Shown piece by piece: positions 1 to 9,207 of a stretch of 32,000 nucleotides of DNA. The position numbers and the translations under genes are program-made. Within the stretch, counting starts at the first letter, position 1, and each line of letters starts with the position of its first letter. The notes under the pieces were generated by a model, which saw only the letters and a program-made list of their open reading frames with translations, searched no databases and was not told the DNA's origin. The DNA comes from Longivirga aurantiaca (lineage in GTDB: Bacteria; Actinomycetota; Actinomycetes; S36-B12; CAIYMF01), in assembly GCF_042660085.1 (NCBI RefSeq), contig NZ_JBHSTI010000002.1, forward strand, positions 390,001 to 422,000. Reading direction: 5' to 3'.

Positions 1-114
1 ATGGGCGGGCTGACGCCCAACCCCGTGCGCAGCGTGATCCGGCACTTCCCTGCCGAGCTCGGCCTCGAACCGCTGGTCGAGGCGCCCACCCTGGGGGAGA
101 GTGGGCAGCGATGA
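1..114 (+). CDS. C-terminal end of formate dehydrogenase beta subunit / NuoF-like protein (5' truncated by window)
   Basis: Frame 1 reads MGGLTPNPVRSVIRHFPAELGLEPLVEAPTLGESGQR*, resembling the NuoF/FdsB C-terminal GGLTPxPVxSxxxHF motif. It directly precedes the alpha subunit and overlaps its start. Confidence 0.75.
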   Translation: MGGLTPNPVRSVIRHFPAELGLEPLVEAPTLGESGQR

Positions 115-2927
115 GCATCATCGATCTCGGCACCCCGGCCGTCCCGGGCGAGCGCACGGTCGACGTCGTCGTTGACGGCGTCCCGGTCTTCGTCGCGCCC
201 GGCACGTCGGTCATGCGCGCAGCGGCCGAGGCCGGCGTGGCGATCCCCAAGCTCTGCGCCACCGACTCGCTGGACGCGTTCGGCTCGTGCCGCCTCTGCC
301 TCGTCGAGGTCGAGGGCAGGCCCGGCACCCCGGCGTCGTGCACCACGCCCTGCACCCCGGGCATGCGCGTGCAGACGCAGACGCCGAAGGTCGAGAAGCT
401 GCGCCGCGGGGTCATGGAGCTCTACATCTCCGACCACCCGCTCGACTGCCTCACCTGCCCGGCGAACGGTGACTGCGAGCTGCAGGACATGGCCGGCGTC
501 GTCGGTCTGCGCGAGGTCCGCTACGGCATGGACGGCGCCAACCACCTCGACGCCCCCACCGACGACAGCAACCCGTACTTCTCGTTCGACGCGAGCAAGT
601 GCATCGCCTGCTCGCGGTGCGTGCGCGCCTGCGGCGAGACGCAGGGCACCTTCGCCCTCACGATCGAGGGGCGCGGGTTCGCGTCGAAGGTGTCGGCGAG
701 CGCCGCCGAGCCGTTCATGTCGAGCGAGTGCGTCTCGTGCGGCGCGTGCGTGCAGGCGTGCCCGACGTCGACACTGCAGGAGAAGACGGTCATCGACCTG
801 GGCACGCCGACCCGCAGCGTGAAGACGACGTGCGCCTACTGCGGCGTCGGCTGCTCGTTCGTCGCCGAGCTGCGCGGCGACCAGCTCGTGCGCATGGTTC
901 CCGACAAGGACGGCGGCGCGAACGCCGGCCACAGCTGCGTCAAGGGCCGCTTCGCCTGGGGCTACGCCACGCACCGAGACCGCCAGCTCGAGCCGATGGT
1001 GCGGGGCTCGATCGCCGACGAGTGGCGCGTCGTCTCGTGGGACGAGGCGATCGCCTACGCCGCCGAGCGGTTTCTGGCGATCCAGCGCGACCACGGGGTC
1101 GGCGCGATCGGCGGAATCACCTCGTCGCGCTGCACCAACGAGGAGGTGTACGTCGTCCAGAAGATGATCCGGGCGGCGTTCGGCAACAACAACGTCGACA
1201 CCTGCGCCCGCGTCTGCCACTCGCCCACGGGATACGGGCTCAAGCAGACCTTCGGCACCTCGGCCGGGACGCAGGACTTCGAGTCGGTCGCGCACTCCGA
1301 CGTCATCGTGGTGATCGGCGCGAACCCCACCGACGGGCACCCGGTGTTCGCGTCGCGGATGAAGAAGCGACTGCGTGCCGGGGCGAAGCTCATCGTGATC
1401 GACCCGAGGCGCATCGACCTCGTGCGGTCCCCGCACGTGGAGGCGGCGTACCACCTGCAGCTGCAGCCGGGCACGAACGTCGCGATCGTCAACGCGATCG
1501 CGCACGTGGTGGTGACCGAGGGCCTGGTCGACCGGGACTTCGTCGCCGCCCGCTGCGAGGACGACTCGTTCGCGCAGTGGGAGACGTTCATCGCGCAGCC
1601 CGAGAACAGCCCGGAGGCGCTCGAGGCCGTCACCGGCGTGCCCGCTGCCGACGTGCGTGCCGCGGCACGGCTCTTCGCGACCGGGGGCAACGCCGCGATC
1701 TACTACGGCCTCGGCGTCACCGAGCACAGCCAGGGCTCGACCATGGTGATGGGCATGGCCAACCTCGCGATGGCTACGGGCAACATCGGCCGCACAGGCG
1801 TGGGCGTCAACCCGCTGCGCGGGCAGAACAACGTGCAGGGCTCGTGCGACATGGGCTCGTTCCCGCACGAGCTCCCCGGCTACCGGCACGTGAGCGACCC
1901 GGCCGTGCGCGGGATCTTCGAGGCCGTATGGGGCCGCGCGATCGACCCCGAGCCGGGCCTGCGCATCCCCAACATGCTCGACGCCGCCATCGCCGGCCGC
2001 TACCTCGGCATGTTCATCCAGGGCGAGGACATCGCGCAGAGCGACCCCAACGTGCAGCACGTGAAGGCGGCGCTCGGGTCGCTGGAGCTGCTCGTGGTGC
2101 AGGATCTCTTCCTCAACGAGACAGCGAAGTTCGCCCATGTCTTCCTGCCGGGCACCTCGTTCCTCGAGAAGGACGGCACGTTCACCAACGCCGAGCGGCG
2201 GATCAACCGGGTGCGCCCGGTGATGGCGTCGGCGACCGGCAAGCAGGAGTGGGAGGTCGCCTGCGAGCTCGCGACCGCCATGGGCTACCCGATGTCGTAC
2301 GTGCAGTCGGCCGAGATCATGGACGAGATCGCAGCCACCACACCGACTTTCGCGGGTGTTTCGTTCGATCGGCTCGACGCCGAGGGCAGCGTGCAGTGGC
2401 CGTGCAACGACGCCGCTCCGCACGGCACGCCGATCATGCACGTCGACGGGTTCGTGCGCGGCAAGGGCCACTTCGTGGAGACGCCGTACGTGCCGACCGA
2501 CGAGCGCACCAACCGGAAGTTCCCGCTGATCCTCACGACCGGCCGGATCCTGTCGCAGTACAACGTGGGCGCGCAGACGCGGCGTACCGAGAACGTCCGC
2601 TGGCACAGCGAGGACGTCGTCGAGGTGCACCCGCACGACGCCGAGACCCGCGGCATCGCCACCGGCCAGGCCGTCACGATCACGAGCCGCGTGGGCGAGA
2701 CGGTGCTGCGCGCGAGGGTGACCGACCGCGTGCCGCAGGGAGTCGTCTACACGACGTTCCACTTCCCGGGCAGCGGCGCGAACGTGGTCACCACCGAGTA
2801 CAGCGACTGGGCGACCAACTGCCCCGAGTACAAGGTGACGGCCGTCGAGCTGGCACCGACCTCGCGCACGCCGGTGACGGACGACGAGATGCACTCCGAG
2901 CACCGGTCCGTGGCAGGGCGGTCATGA
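111..2927 (+). CDS. fdhA: NAD-dependent formate dehydrogenase alpha subunit (molybdopterin oxidoreductase with N-terminal 2Fe-2S and 4Fe-4S domains)
   Basis: 938 aa. N-terminal ferredoxin-like Cys pattern, CxxCxxxC clusters (CIACSRCVRAC, CVSCGACVQACP), CAYCGVGCSF, and active-site region CARVCHSPTGYGL with Cys rather than Sec. Confidence 0.93.
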   Translation: MSIIDLGTPAVPGERTVDVVVDGVPVFVAPGTSVMRAAAEAGVAIPKLCATDSLDAFGSCRLCLVEVEGRPGTPASCTTPCTPGMRVQTQTPKVEKLRRGVMELYISDHPLDCLTCPANGDCELQDMAGVVGLREVRYGMDGANHLDAPTDDSNPYFSFDASKCIACSRCVRACGETQGTFALTIEGRGFASKVSASAAEPFMSSECVSCGACVQACPTSTLQEKTVIDLGTPTRSVKTTCAYCGVGCSFVAELRGDQLVRMVPDKDGGANAGHSCVKGRFAWGYATHRDRQLEPMVRGSIADEWRVVSWDEAIAYAAERFLAIQRDHGVGAIGGITSSRCTNEEVYVVQKMIRAAFGNNNVDTCARVCHSPTGYGLKQTFGTSAGTQDFESVAHSDVIVVIGANPTDGHPVFASRMKKRLRAGAKLIVIDPRRIDLVRSPHVEAAYHLQLQPGTNVAIVNAIAHVVVTEGLVDRDFVAARCEDDSFAQWETFIAQPENSPEALEAVTGVPAADVRAAARLFATGGNAAIYYGLGVTEHSQGSTMVMGMANLAMATGNIGRTGVGVNPLRGQNNVQGSCDMGSFPHELPGYRHVSDPAVRGIFEAVWGRAIDPEPGLRIPNMLDAAIAGRYLGMFIQGEDIAQSDPNVQHVKAALGSLELLVVQDLFLNETAKFAHVFLPGTSFLEKDGTFTNAERRINRVRPVMASATGKQEWEVACELATAMGYPMSYVQSAEIMDEIAATTPTFAGVSFDRLDAEGSVQWPCNDAAPHGTPIMHVDGFVRGKGHFVETPYVPTDERTNRKFPLILTTGRILSQYNVGAQTRRTENVRWHSEDVVEVHPHDAETRGIATGQAVTITSRVGETVLRARVTDRVPQGVVYTTFHFPGSGANVVTTEYSDWATNCPEYKVTAVELAPTSRTPVTDDEMHSEHRSVAGRS

Positions 2928-3172
2928 GCGAGGCCGGCCCGTCAGTGAACGCCGACCCGACCCAGGTCGCGAGCCTGCTCCGGATGGCCAACCAGATCGC
3001 GAGCAACGCCCACCACAAGCCGCACGACGCGGCCGTCGCGATGGTCGAGACGCATCTGCGCGACTTCTGGGCGCCGTCGATGCGCGCGCACCTGACCGAG
3101 TGGATGGACGCCGGCGGCGAGGGTCTCGACCCCATCGCCGCCGAGGTGCTGGACCGTCTCCGCGCAGGCTGA
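2924..3172 (+). CDS. fdsD: Formate dehydrogenase delta subunit
   Basis: 82 aa, ATGA overlap with the alpha subunit stop; MANQIASNAHHKPHDAAVAMVETHLRDFWAPSMRAHLTEW matches the FdsD family pattern. Confidence 0.88.
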   Translation: MSEAGPSVNADPTQVASLLRMANQIASNAHHKPHDAAVAMVETHLRDFWAPSMRAHLTEWMDAGGEGLDPIAAEVLDRLRAG

Positions 3173-3187
3173 CCGGTCGCGCAACCG

Positions 3188-3487
3188 TCAGCTGCTCTCG
3201 CGCGCCCGGCGGGCGGCTTCGGCCACGACCTCGGCGGGCATGTCGTCCAGAGGCACGTCGCCACCGGTGCGCGCGGGTGTGGCGCCGGTCAGCAGCAGGG
3301 CGGGGGAGTCCGGCACCGAGGTGCCCGCGCCGGCGGCGGGCATGCCGTCGCTCCACGAGCCGGCGCCGTGCGTGTGGACGGCGTCGTCGGGGTGGGCGAG
3401 CAGGTGCCGGGTCATGGCCACCATGAGCACACCCAGCAGGCCGATCATCGTGAGGCCCAGCACCACCAGAAGCACCATGCCGACCAT
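3188..3487 (-). CDS. Small hypothetical protein with one N-terminal transmembrane helix
   Basis: 99 aa ORF; hydrophobic N-terminus MVGMVLLVVLGLTMIGLLGVLMVAM. No family recognised. Confidence 0.5.
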   Translation of the reverse strand: MVGMVLLVVLGLTMIGLLGVLMVAMTRHLLAHPDDAVHTHGAGSWSDGMPAAGAGTSVPDSPALLLTGATPARTGGDVPLDDMPAEVVAEAARRARESS

Positions 3488-3541
3488 GAAAGGGCCAAAC
3501 CGTCGATCCCGCCCGTCGAGACGGGCCTCGGACCGGTCGTC

Positions 3542-5017
3542 TCAGCTGGGTCGGCCTGCCGCGATGTAGGAGGTCTTGACCGTGGTGAAGAACTCGCGGG
3601 CCTGCTCGCCCTGCTCGCGCGGCCCGTACGACGACCCCTGGCGTCCGCCGAAGGGGACGTGGAAGTCGACGCCCGCGGTGGGGACGTTGACCATCACCAT
3701 GCCTGCGGTGGACCGGCGGCGGAAGTCGGTGGCCGCAGCCAGGGACGTGGTGACGATGCCGGCGGTGAGGCCGAACTCCGTGCCGTTCGCGACGGCGAGC
3801 GCCTCGTCGTACGACGCGACCTGCACGACGGAGGCGACGGGGCCGAAGACCTCGTCGCGGTTGATGGTGTCCTCGGGCCTGGTCCCGACGACGAGCGCGG
3901 GCTCGAGGTAGAAGCCGTCGGTCGGGCGCTCGAGGCGGCGGCCGCCGATGACCGTGCCCGACTCGTCGCGTGCGATGCCGACGTACCGCTCGTCCTGCGC
4001 GAGCTGGGAGGAGTCGACCACCGGGCCCATCTGGGTGCCGGTGGCGCGGGCGTCGCCGACCTGCAGGGCGAGCATGCGCTCGGTGAGGCGCTCGACGAAC
4101 AGGTCGTGGATGCCGGCCGTGACCACGAAGCGCGACGACGCCGTGCAGCGCTGCCCGGTGGAGCCGTAGGCGCCCTGCAGGGCGCACTCGACGGCGATGC
4201 CGAGGTCGGCGTCGTCCAGGACGACGAGCGGGTTCTTGCCGCCCATCTCGAGCTGGACGCGGGCGCGCGATCCCTGCGCGGAGGCGAGCACGCGCTCGCC
4301 GGTCTGCACCGAGCCGGTGAAGGACACGGCGTCGGCGCTGCTGGTGAGGATGTCGCCGATGTCGCGGCCGCGTCCCATCACGAGGTTGAGGACGCCGTCG
4401 GGCAGGCCCGCGCCGTGCAGGATGTGGACGAGCTCCCACGCGCTGCCGGGCACGAGCTCGGCCGGCTTGAACACCACGGTGTTGCCGTAGGCGAGGGCGG
4501 GCGCGATCTTCCACGCGGGGATCGCGATGGGGAAGTTCCACGGTGTGATGATCGAGACGACGCCGACGGGCTCGCGTGTGACGGCCACCTCGACACCTGG
4601 GCGGATCGAGTCGAGCAGCTGGCCCGCCGGGCGCAGTGCCTGACCGGCGTGGAACTTGAGGATGTGCGCGGCGCGCACCACCTCGCCGACGGCCTCGGGC
4701 AGGGTCTTGCCCTCCTCGCGGGCGAGCAGGTCGCCGAGCTCGTCCTTGCGGCGGATGATCTCGCTGCCGGCGTTGTCGAGGATCTCGAACCGCACCAGGG
4801 GTGAGGCCTCGGCCCAACCGGACGCGGCCGCGCGGGCCGCGGCGAACGCCTCCCGCGCCTGCACTGCGTCGGCGAGCGCATAGCGACCGACCACGTCGGA
4901 GGTGTCCGACGGGTTCACGTTCGTGTTCACGTCGGTGCCCTCGACCCACGCCCCACCGATCAGGTTCGGGTGCACGTCGTCCGGGCCGATGGACTCACGC
5001 CGACCGTGCGTCGTCAT
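3542..5017 (-). CDS. Aldehyde dehydrogenase family protein (2,5-dioxovalerate / alpha-ketoglutarate semialdehyde dehydrogenase-like)
   Basis: 491 aa; PWNFPIAIPAWKIAPAL, FTGS, ELGGK-like EMGGKNP, GQRCTASSR catalytic Cys. Confidence 0.93.
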   Translation of the reverse strand: MTTHGRRESIGPDDVHPNLIGGAWVEGTDVNTNVNPSDTSDVVGRYALADAVQAREAFAAARAAASGWAEASPLVRFEILDNAGSEIIRRKDELGDLLAREEGKTLPEAVGEVVRAAHILKFHAGQALRPAGQLLDSIRPGVEVAVTREPVGVVSIITPWNFPIAIPAWKIAPALAYGNTVVFKPAELVPGSAWELVHILHGAGLPDGVLNLVMGRGRDIGDILTSSADAVSFTGSVQTGERVLASAQGSRARVQLEMGGKNPLVVLDDADLGIAVECALQGAYGSTGQRCTASSRFVVTAGIHDLFVERLTERMLALQVGDARATGTQMGPVVDSSQLAQDERYVGIARDESGTVIGGRRLERPTDGFYLEPALVVGTRPEDTINRDEVFGPVASVVQVASYDEALAVANGTEFGLTAGIVTTSLAAATDFRRRSTAGMVMVNVPTAGVDFHVPFGGRQGSSYGPREQGEQAREFFTTVKTSYIAAGRPS

Positions 5018-5699
5018 GTCCTGCGCTCGCTCTCATGGGGTGGGGAGGGGTGGTGCGTGGATTCCTATGCTTGCTCATGAGCGCCCCGGTTCGTCCTCCG
5101 AGCCCCAGCGCAGCGGCCCCTGCGAGATCCGTCGGGGTGTCCACGTCGTACGCGAGCGACGCCCAGGGCCCGACGAGACGGCGTGCGCCACTCGCTGCGT
5201 GCCGGGTGCCCGAGGCAGGCCCGTACCTGGGATCCAAGGGGAGGCCGTGCCCGGACAGGAGCAAGGTCGTCCCCGAGCCCTCGCGATCGGGAACGAAGCC
5301 TCGCCGCCCCCGGGCGGCGCGGATGGCCGCCTCGAGCTCGTGGGTCCGCAGCGCGGGCAGGTCGGCGGGGAGCGCGGCGATCGTGGCCCGGGCGAACCGT
5401 CGGCGGGCCAGGTCGGCTGCGACCCGCAGGTCGCCGTTCAGGCTCCCCGTCGCCGGGGAGCACGCGCCGGCCCCGACGTGCTCGGCCAGTCCGACGACGC
5501 GGGCATCGTCGGACACCACGACCGTGTGCACCACCTGATCGGCAGCCATGGCGGCCGACACGGTGTCGTGGACGATCGCCAGCACCAACCCGTCGTGATC
5601 GAGGTGCGCACCCCGAAGCCGCGACTTCGCCAGGGCGAGAGCCTTGACCGGCACCAGCAGCACCGCGGGATGCGGTCCGTGCCCCTCCGGGCTCAGCAT
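4995..5699 (-). CDS. cofC: Phosphoenolpyruvate / 2-phospho-L-lactate guanylyltransferase (CofC/FbiD family), coenzyme F420 biosynthesis
   Basis: 234 aa from ATG at 5699; VPVKALALAKSRL, VVSDD, ADLPAL, DREGSGTTLLL, DPRYGPASGTRH motifs. Overlaps the downstream ALDH start by 23 nt. Confidence 0.87.
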   Translation of the reverse strand: MLSPEGHGPHPAVLLVPVKALALAKSRLRGAHLDHDGLVLAIVHDTVSAAMAADQVVHTVVVSDDARVVGLAEHVGAGACSPATGSLNGDLRVAADLARRRFARATIAALPADLPALRTHELEAAIRAARGRRGFVPDREGSGTTLLLSGHGLPLDPRYGPASGTRHAASGARRLVGPWASLAYDVDTPTDLAGAAALGLGGRTGALMSKHRNPRTTPPHPMRASAGHDDARSA

Positions 5700-5712
5700 G
5701 CGTACGCCGGGC

Positions 5713-7140
5713 CTAGGCGTTGTCGCCGAACACCGCCTTGGCCTCCAGGAACTCCCGGATGCCGAACACGGCGTACTCCCGGCCGTTGCCGGACTGCTTG
5801 TACCCGCCGAACGGTGCGTTGAAGTCGAGCCCTGCACCGTTGATGTGCACCATCCCCGTGCGCAGCCGCCGCGCCACCCGACGGGCGCGCTCGGTGTCTG
5901 CGGAGGAGACGAAGCCCGACAGGCCGTAGACGGTGTCGTTGGCCTTGGCGACGGCGTCGTCCTCCCCGTCGTACGTCGAGATGGTGATGACCGGCCCGAA
6001 GATCTCCTCCTTGGCGATCGCCATGTCGTTGGTGACACCGGCGATGACCGTGGGCCGCACGAAGTAGCCGTGCTCGAGCCCGGACGGACGGCCGAGGCCT
6101 CCGGCGACGACGGTCGCGCCCTCGTCGATCGCGGACTGGATCAGGCGCTGCACCTTGTCGTAGCCCGCCTGGGACACGAGCGGCCCGAGCTGGGTGTCGG
6201 GGGCCTCCGGCTCGCCCACGACGGTGGCGTCCGCGGCCTCGGCCGCGATCTTGATCGCGTCCGCGAGCCGGTCGGAGGGCACGAGGAAGCGCGACCCTGC
6301 GTTGCAGGACTGGCCCGAGTTGGCGTAGACGTCCCGCAGGTCGCGCGGGATGGCGACGGCGAGGTCGGCGTCGTCGAGCAGGATGTTGGCGGACTTCCCG
6401 CCGAGCTCCTGGTGCACGCGCTTGACCGTCGGTGCGGCGTTCTTGGCCACCTCGATGCCTGCCCGCGTCGATCCGGTGAACGACACCATGTCGACGTCCG
6501 GGTGGCTCGACAGCGCGACGCCTGCACCAGGGCCGTCACCGTTCACGAGGTTGAAGACACCGGCCGGAACGCCTGCAGCGTCCAGGATCTCGGCGAAGAT
6601 GACGGCGTTGAGAGGGGCGAGCTCCGAGGGCTTCAGCACCATCGTGCAGCCAGCCGCGAGGGCCGGTGCGACCTTCGAGGCGATGAGCAGCATCGGCCAG
6701 TTCCAGGGGGTGATGAGGCCGACGACGCCGATCGGCTCGTAGACCACCGAGGAGGTGCCGACCTTCTCCTCGAACTCGAAGGTCCGCAACGCATCGAGCG
6801 CCACGGCGAACTGCCCTGTGCCGCACGGGACATGGGCGTTCTCGGCGAGGCCTCGCGGAGATCCCATCTCGGACATCAGCGCCTCGGCCAGATCGCCGGC
6901 TCGCTTCTGGTACTCGACGAGGATGCGCTCCAGCAGCGCGATGCGGTCGGCGACCGAGGTCTGCGAGAACGACTCGAACGCACGCTTGGCCGCAGCGACG
7001 GCGCGGTCGACGTCGGCCTGATCGGCCAGCGCGACCGTGGCGATCGACCTCTCGGTGCTGGGATCGATCACCTCGAGGGTGCGTGACGAGCTGGGGTCGA
7101 CCCATGCTCCATCGATGTAGAACTTCGTGGCGTTCGACAT
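5713..7140 (-). CDS. Aldehyde dehydrogenase family protein
   Basis: 475 aa; TPWNWPMLLIASKVAPALAAGC, SFTGST, QELGGKSANI, NSGQSCNAGSR (catalytic Cys). Confidence 0.93.
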   Translation of the reverse strand: MSNATKFYIDGAWVDPSSSRTLEVIDPSTERSIATVALADQADVDRAVAAAKRAFESFSQTSVADRIALLERILVEYQKRAGDLAEALMSEMGSPRGLAENAHVPCGTGQFAVALDALRTFEFEEKVGTSSVVYEPIGVVGLITPWNWPMLLIASKVAPALAAGCTMVLKPSELAPLNAVIFAEILDAAGVPAGVFNLVNGDGPGAGVALSSHPDVDMVSFTGSTRAGIEVAKNAAPTVKRVHQELGGKSANILLDDADLAVAIPRDLRDVYANSGQSCNAGSRFLVPSDRLADAIKIAAEAADATVVGEPEAPDTQLGPLVSQAGYDKVQRLIQSAIDEGATVVAGGLGRPSGLEHGYFVRPTVIAGVTNDMAIAKEEIFGPVITISTYDGEDDAVAKANDTVYGLSGFVSSADTERARRVARRLRTGMVHINGAGLDFNAPFGGYKQSGNGREYAVFGIREFLEAKAVFGDNA

Positions 7141-7191
7141 GGTCGACGTCCCTTCACCGGCGGCGGCGCTGCGTCGGACCCGACGTGCGCG

Positions 7192-7207
7192 CTATAAACG
7201 TTTCCAA
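7192..7207. promoter_or_regulatory. Putative LacI-family operator (CTATAAACGTTTCCAA) upstream of the ALDH-cofC-ALDH operon
   Basis: Contains perfect palindrome AAACGTTT. Related motif occurs upstream of several other units in the window. Lies just downstream of a minus-strand TTGACC-18-TAGGGT promoter-like pair. Confidence 0.55.
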
Positions 7208-7249
7208 CCCTAGGCACGCCCGACCCGGGTGGTCAAGTGGGGGGTCCAC

Positions 7250-8005
7250 CTACGCGCGAGCCACCCGCAGGTGCGGCCGGTAGCGGGCGACCGCGTCGGC
7301 GTCGACCGAGGTGTCGGTCAGCACGGCCTCGACCTCGTCCAGCCCCGCGACCCGAGCCAGGACCCGGCGGTCGATCTTCGAGGAGTCGGCCAGCGCGATC
7401 GGATGCTGCGCCGCGGCGATCATGGCCCGCTTGATGGGGACCTCGATCGTGTTCGTGTTGGTGATGCCTCCGTCGAGCGACACGGCGTCGGCTCCGAGGA
7501 ACGTCCAGTCGGCGCGCAGCTCGGAGAGGAACGACGCCGCCTTTCCTCCGACGAGCGTGAACACCGTTCCGAGCAGCTCGCCTCCGGTCACCAGCAGCCG
7601 CGCGGCAGGATCGGTCGCCACGAACTTCGCGATGCGCAGGTCGTTCGTGATGATGGTCAAGGGTTTCCCGCGCAAGGCCACCGCGACCTGGTAGGTGGTG
7701 GATCCGCTGTCGAGGATGACGGCCTCGCCGTCGGAGACCAGCGCGGCAGCGGCCTCGGCGATCTCGGTCTTCGCCGCGAGGTTGGCCGTCTGCTTGCGCG
7801 CGTAGGGGATGTCCCCCGTCCCGTCCGCGAGGAGCCGGGCACCTCCGTGCGTTCGACGGACGTGGCCGGCGCGCTCCAGCACATCGAGGTCGCGGCGGAT
7901 GGTCGACGCGTTCACCCCCAGCTCGAGGGCGAGCGTGTGCGCTTCGACGTATCCGTCCCGGACTGCGCGCTCGACGATCGCGTCGCGTCGGGCAGCGGTG
8001 CTCAC
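7250..8005 (-). CDS. DeoR-family transcriptional regulator
   Basis: 251 aa from GTG at 8005; RRDAIVERAVRDGYVEAHTLALELGVNASTIRRDLDVLERAGHVRRTHGG is the DeoR HTH, followed by a DeoRC sugar-phosphate sensor domain (DSGSTTYQVAVAL...TNDLRIA). Confidence 0.92.
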   Translation of the reverse strand: MSTAARRDAIVERAVRDGYVEAHTLALELGVNASTIRRDLDVLERAGHVRRTHGGARLLADGTGDIPYARKQTANLAAKTEIAEAAAALVSDGEAVILDSGSTTYQVAVALRGKPLTIITNDLRIAKFVATDPAARLLVTGGELLGTVFTLVGGKAASFLSELRADWTFLGADAVSLDGGITNTNTIEVPIKRAMIAAAQHPIALADSSKIDRRVLARVAGLDEVEAVLTDTSVDADAVARYRPHLRVARA

Positions 8006-8046
8006 GTGGCCTCCTCGGGGCGGGGTCCGGGGCCCAGTATCCCGTT

Positions 8047-8118
8047 TTCGCGCAATGCCTTGACGAGAAGGGTGTCGGAATGATGCAGTTCGCGCAACAA
8101 GTGCGCGATAACGCGCAA
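8047..8118. promoter_or_regulatory. Three phased direct repeats (CGCGCAA) in the deoR-glpX intergenic region, candidate DeoR operators
   Basis: CGCGCAA at 8049-8055, 8091-8097 and 8112-8118 (start offsets 42 and 21 bp); the first two extend to TTCGCGCAA. Confidence 0.45.
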
Positions 8119-8141
8119 CGGCGAGGACTGGAGAGGTTTCT

Positions 8142-9137
8142 ATGACGGCATCGACCCAGGAGCAGACCGACACCGACGGCCTGGCCGTCGGCGCCGGCGT
8201 CGACCTCGCCGCCTCGACCCAGGCCGCGGCGCTGGCCGCCTCCCCGTGGGTCGGTCGCGGGGACAAGAACGCCGTCGACGGTGCAGCGGTCAGCGCGATG
8301 CGCCGAGCCCTCGCCGGGATCAGGATCGACGGCACCGTCGTCATCGGCGAGGGCGAGAAGGACGACGCCCCCATGCTCTTCACCGGCGAGCGGGTCGGCT
8401 CCGGCGACGGGGCAGCCTGCGACGTCGCTGTCGACCCGATCGACGGCACCCGCCTCGCCGCGCTGGGGCTGGGCAACGCGATCTCGGCTCTCGCGGTCGC
8501 GGAGCGCGGCGCGATGTTCGACGCGTCCTCGGTCTTCTACATGGAGAAGCTGGCGGCCGGCCCTGCTGCCGCCGGCATCCTCGACCTACGCCTTCCCGTG
8601 CGGGAGAACGTGTTTCGCCTCGCCGAGGTGCTGGGTCGCGATCCCGACGGCATCTGCGTCGCCGTCCTGGACCGACCGCGGCACGACGACCTCGTCACCG
8701 AGATCCGTGCGACCGGTGCACGCGTCCGCCTCCTCCCGGACGGCGACGTAGCGGCCGCGATCGCCGCGGTCGACGCCGGGAGCGGCGTCGACCTCATGCT
8801 CGGTTCCGGCGGCTCGCCGGAAGGTGTCCTCGCCGCTGCGGCGGTTCGGTGCTTCGGAGGCATCTTCCAGGGCCGGCTCTGGCCGCAGTCGGACGCGGAG
8901 CGCGCGTGGATGGGCGATCGTGGCTACGAGAGCGGTCGGGTCCTGTCGGCGAGGGACCTCGTGGCTGGGGACGACGTCGTCTTCGTGGCGACCGGAGTCA
9001 CCGACGGGTCGCTCCTTCGCGGCGTGCGGTCCGAGCTCGGCGTGCCCGTGACCCACTCGCTGGTGGCGGACACGCGCACCGGGATGCGCCATCTGGTCGA
9101 GACCCGTCACCCGCAGCGGGATCCGGGAACCGGCTGA
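8142..9137 (+). CDS. glpX: Class II fructose-1,6-bisphosphatase
   Basis: 331 aa; GEGEKDDAPMLFTGE, AVDPIDGTRL and LGSGGSPEGVLAAAA are GlpX signature motifs. RBS GGAGAGG precedes the ATG. Confidence 0.93.
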   Translation: MTASTQEQTDTDGLAVGAGVDLAASTQAAALAASPWVGRGDKNAVDGAAVSAMRRALAGIRIDGTVVIGEGEKDDAPMLFTGERVGSGDGAACDVAVDPIDGTRLAALGLGNAISALAVAERGAMFDASSVFYMEKLAAGPAAAGILDLRLPVRENVFRLAEVLGRDPDGICVAVLDRPRHDDLVTEIRATGARVRLLPDGDVAAAIAAVDAGSGVDLMLGSGGSPEGVLAAAAVRCFGGIFQGRLWPQSDAERAWMGDRGYESGRVLSARDLVAGDDVVFVATGVTDGSLLRGVRSELGVPVTHSLVADTRTGMRHLVETRHPQRDPGTG

Positions 9138-9181
9138 TCCGAGGGCCATTGCGGTCCCGCGCGGCGAGCGACTACGGTTGA

Positions 9182-9195
9182 TGAAACGTATCTAC
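9182..9195. promoter_or_regulatory. Putative operator TGAAACGTATCTAC upstream of the ribokinase-like gene
   Basis: AAACGTATCTAC is identical to the 12-mer at 10175-10186. Confidence 0.5.
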
Positions 9196-9207
9196 AAAGG
9201 GAGCGTT

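Noticed and set aside
1200-1290. Possible selenocysteine formate dehydrogenase
   Set aside because: The active-site region reads RVCHSP with an ordinary Cys codon (TGC); there is no in-frame TGA or SECIS context.
599-3172. 857-aa plus-strand ORF overlapping fdhA
   Set aside because: Arg-rich out-of-frame translation of fdhA. Only its final segment, from ATG 2924, is real (FdsD).
3511-3526. Short hairpin GCCCGTC-GA-GACGGGC between the small membrane protein and ALDH
   Set aside because: Only 7 bp with a 2-nt loop and no T-tract; common by chance in high-GC DNA.
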